A stretch of 27,716 nt of DNA, taken from assembly GCA_051382295.1 (NCBI GenBank), contig JBBCAW010000011.1, positions 1-27,716 on the forward strand. The letters run 5' to 3'. The notes beneath the pieces were generated by a model, which worked only from the letters and a program-made list of their open reading frames with translations, searched no databases and was not told the origin of the DNA. Every line of letters begins with the position of its first letter. Within the stretch, counting starts at the first letter, position 1. The position numbers and the translations under genes were made by a program. Below are positions 25,684-27,716 of this stretch, one piece after another. The stretch is from Bdellovibrionota bacterium FG-1 (GTDB lineage Bacteria; Bdellovibrionota; UBA1018).

Positions 25684-27104
25684 AGCTGATGTCTCGCTTT
25701 CCTTGGCAGGTTTTTAAACGAGTCATTTTGGTCCAATCGCTTTTGGTGCTCTTGGCGTTTGGCGCCGGTGGGCTGGCCGGGGCGTCGTTAGCTCATTTGC
25801 GTGGCCCGGTCCATGCGTTGGATTTCGCATTTTTTGCTTTTTTGCTGCTCATTGCCGCTGGCTTGGGGTTTTTTTCTTTTTGGTCCTGGAAAAGGCTGGT
25901 TTTTCCCATTGGTCGTCTGTTGGTTAAGACGCAGAACATGCTCAAGGGAGAACCCACGCCCTCTGCGGCCGAGCTGCTCGAAGACGAAACCTACGGAGAG
26001 TGGTCGGAGCTGGAAAGTTCGATCGACGACATTCGTCGCGATTTGATGGCCAAGGCTGAAAGTCTCAATTTGGAACGAGAAGAGCTTGCGACACTGATGG
26101 GGGCAATTTCTGATGGGATTTTGGCCGTGGACAGCGAAGGTCGGCCGCTTTTCTACAATAGTCGGTTTGCCTTACTCTTTGGAAACCAAGAAGCGCTTCG
26201 TCAACATAAAATTCGCCTCTGGGAAATGTTCAGGGTTCCTGAAGTTTTGGATGCCTTTAAGCTGGCCCTTGAGCAAGGGCGAACTGGCGAGGTGAGTGCG
26301 GTTTCTATTGAAAAAGACGGACAAAGCAGGCGTTTTTTTTCGGTATCGGTGGCCCCGCTTTCCAAGGCGACCGGTTTTATTTATGGGGCGGTCGGGGTTT
26401 TTCATGATGTCACGGATCTTAAAAGTGCCGAACAAATTCGAATCGATTTTGTCGCCAACGTGTCGCACGAGTTACGAACGCCTCTTACCTCGATCAAAGG
26501 GTATACCGATACGTTACTTTTAGACGCCAAAGAGGGACGTCCAATGAGCACGGACTTTCTGAAGATTATTGAGCGCAATGTTGAGCGCTTGATGAATCTC
26601 ATCCGTGATCTTTTGGACCTATCTTCACTCGAGTCCACGGATGTGCTTCACAAAACCGCGATTAATACCGCAGAAATCACCTCGCGAATTGTGGGCCAGC
26701 TTCAGGCCGGATTTGAAGCAAAACGACAAGTGGTTCAGCAACACAGCGGGGCATCGGTTGTGATGGCCGACGCCCGTCGCCTTGAGCAGATTCTAACCAA
26801 CCTTCTTGAAAACGCTCATAAGTATACCCCCGAAGGGGGCGAGTTGCATGTGGCCTGGGAGCACGACACGCAGGGTGTTCTGCTGAGGGTTTCGGACAAT
26901 GGCCCTGGTATCCCGCGCGAGTACCAGGGGCGATTATTTGAACGTTTTTTTAGAGTCGATAAAGCGCGCTCCAGAGACCAAGGCGGAACCGGACTTGGCC
27001 TAGCGATCGTCAAACACATCATGCTCAGACACGAAGGCACGGTGTGGGTTGAAAGTCAGCCAGGCCAAGGGGCGAGCTTTATTTGCCGTTTTCCAAAACA
27101 ATGA
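25680..27104 (+). CDS. phoR: Phosphate sensor histidine kinase (2 TM, PAS, HisKA, HATPase)
   Basis: DFVANVSHELRTPLTSIKGY, NLLENAHKY, DNGPGI and FERFFRVDKARSR..GGTGLGLAIVKH motifs. Confidence 0.93.
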   Translation: MKLMSRFPWQVFKRVILVQSLLVLLAFGAGGLAGASLAHLRGPVHALDFAFFAFLLLIAAGLGFFSFWSWKRLVFPIGRLLVKTQNMLKGEPTPSAAELLEDETYGEWSELESSIDDIRRDLMAKAESLNLEREELATLMGAISDGILAVDSEGRPLFYNSRFALLFGNQEALRQHKIRLWEMFRVPEVLDAFKLALEQGRTGEVSAVSIEKDGQSRRFFSVSVAPLSKATGFIYGAVGVFHDVTDLKSAEQIRIDFVANVSHELRTPLTSIKGYTDTLLLDAKEGRPMSTDFLKIIERNVERLMNLIRDLLDLSSLESTDVLHKTAINTAEITSRIVGQLQAGFEAKRQVVQQHSGASVVMADARRLEQILTNLLENAHKYTPEGGELHVAWEHDTQGVLLRVSDNGPGIPREYQGRLFERFFRVDKARSRDQGGTGLGLAIVKHIMLRHEGTVWVESQPGQGASFICRFPKQ

Positions 27105-27111
27105 AACCAGC

Positions 27112-27716
27112 TTAACGCATCATTTTTTTCCAATAGCCTGTCACCGCTGAACGAGCCGTCGCGCATTCGGTGGCCGTAAGTTGAGTGGAGGTATCGTAAA
27201 TGATGGGATTCATGAGTTGGGGTAAATTACTCACATGGTCGAGATTGAGATAATGCCCGAGTTCGTGTGCAACGATATTAGCATTGGTGCCGACGGGCTG
27301 CTCTAGAATCGCTCCATAGGGACCCGATCCAGGCATATTGGTCCAGGCATTTGCCCCGGTGTTGCCCAAGGTGCCGGAACGGTTCCACGTTCCTGTAGTC
27401 ACGACCAAAAGAGTATGGTCGTCATCAAAGGCCGTGCGTATGGGATCTAGCTCGCTGAGGTTGGCCGTCTGAAAGGAAAATCCAAAATCTTTTGGATTTG
27501 CAGGCACGAATTCATCAATTTGAAACCCAATATTGCATTGCGCCCACACTTTATTGATAGCGGTCACATTGGCGATCGCTTGGGCGCTCGTCACAACCGG
27601 GGCGCCGTTACCATCGAGATAGGGCACATATTTAAGGGCCACACACAGGTGTTGAGGATCACTGCTTTGGCAGCTGTCACCGACAATGGGGGCGCCGGTC
27701 GGGGTTGCCGATGGGG
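27112..27716 (-). CDS. Matrixin/metzincin-type Zn metallopeptidase, 5'-partial
   Basis: AHELGHYLNLDH (HExxHxxxxxH) plus Met-turn LMNP. The frame is open to the window edge (PSATPTGAPIVGDSCQSSDPQHLCVALKY). Confidence 0.85.
   Translation of the reverse strand, partial: PSATPTGAPIVGDSCQSSDPQHLCVALKYVPYLDGNGAPVVTSAQAIANVTAINKVWAQCNIGFQIDEFVPANPKDFGFSFQTANLSELDPIRTAFDDDHTLLVVTTGTWNRSGTLGNTGANAWTNMPGSGPYGAILEQPVGTNANIVAHELGHYLNLDHVSNLPQLMNPIIYDTSTQLTATECATARSAVTGYWKKMMR

Overview
Bacterial chromosomal window of about 50-55% GC. Gene content (lipoproteins, FecR/FN3 proteins, a TGase-elicitor homolog, R-x-P-A-S motifs) suggests Bdellovibrionota/Oligoflexia; this is inference only. From left to right: (1) the 3' end of a GC-rich hypothetical gene; (2) a ~7.1 kb block bracketed by a 41-nt hairpin-bearing direct repeat (553-593 and 7720-7760), carrying a zeta-toxin-like P-loop ATPase, an unannotated 51-aa basic partner ORF and a 2067-aa surface lipoprotein whose LamG domains are nested inside other domains; (3) a GP42/transglutaminase-elicitor-family gene converging on three paralogous Cys-rich secreted beta-proteins (one split by an in-frame TGA, one with a 5' deletion, one intact) arranged around back-to-back sigma54-like motifs; (4) two hypothetical lipoproteins; (5) a Cache-HAMP class III adenylate cyclase divergent from a FecR+FN3 protein and an FN3+outer-membrane beta-barrel protein, a candidate trans-envelope cAMP signalling system; (6) a degenerate hemerythrin divergent from a complete pstSCAB-phoU-phoB-phoR operon with a Pho-box-like 11-bp repeat; (7) the 3' part of a metzincin peptidase. 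No rRNA, tRNA, CRISPR array, transposase or integrase was recognised.
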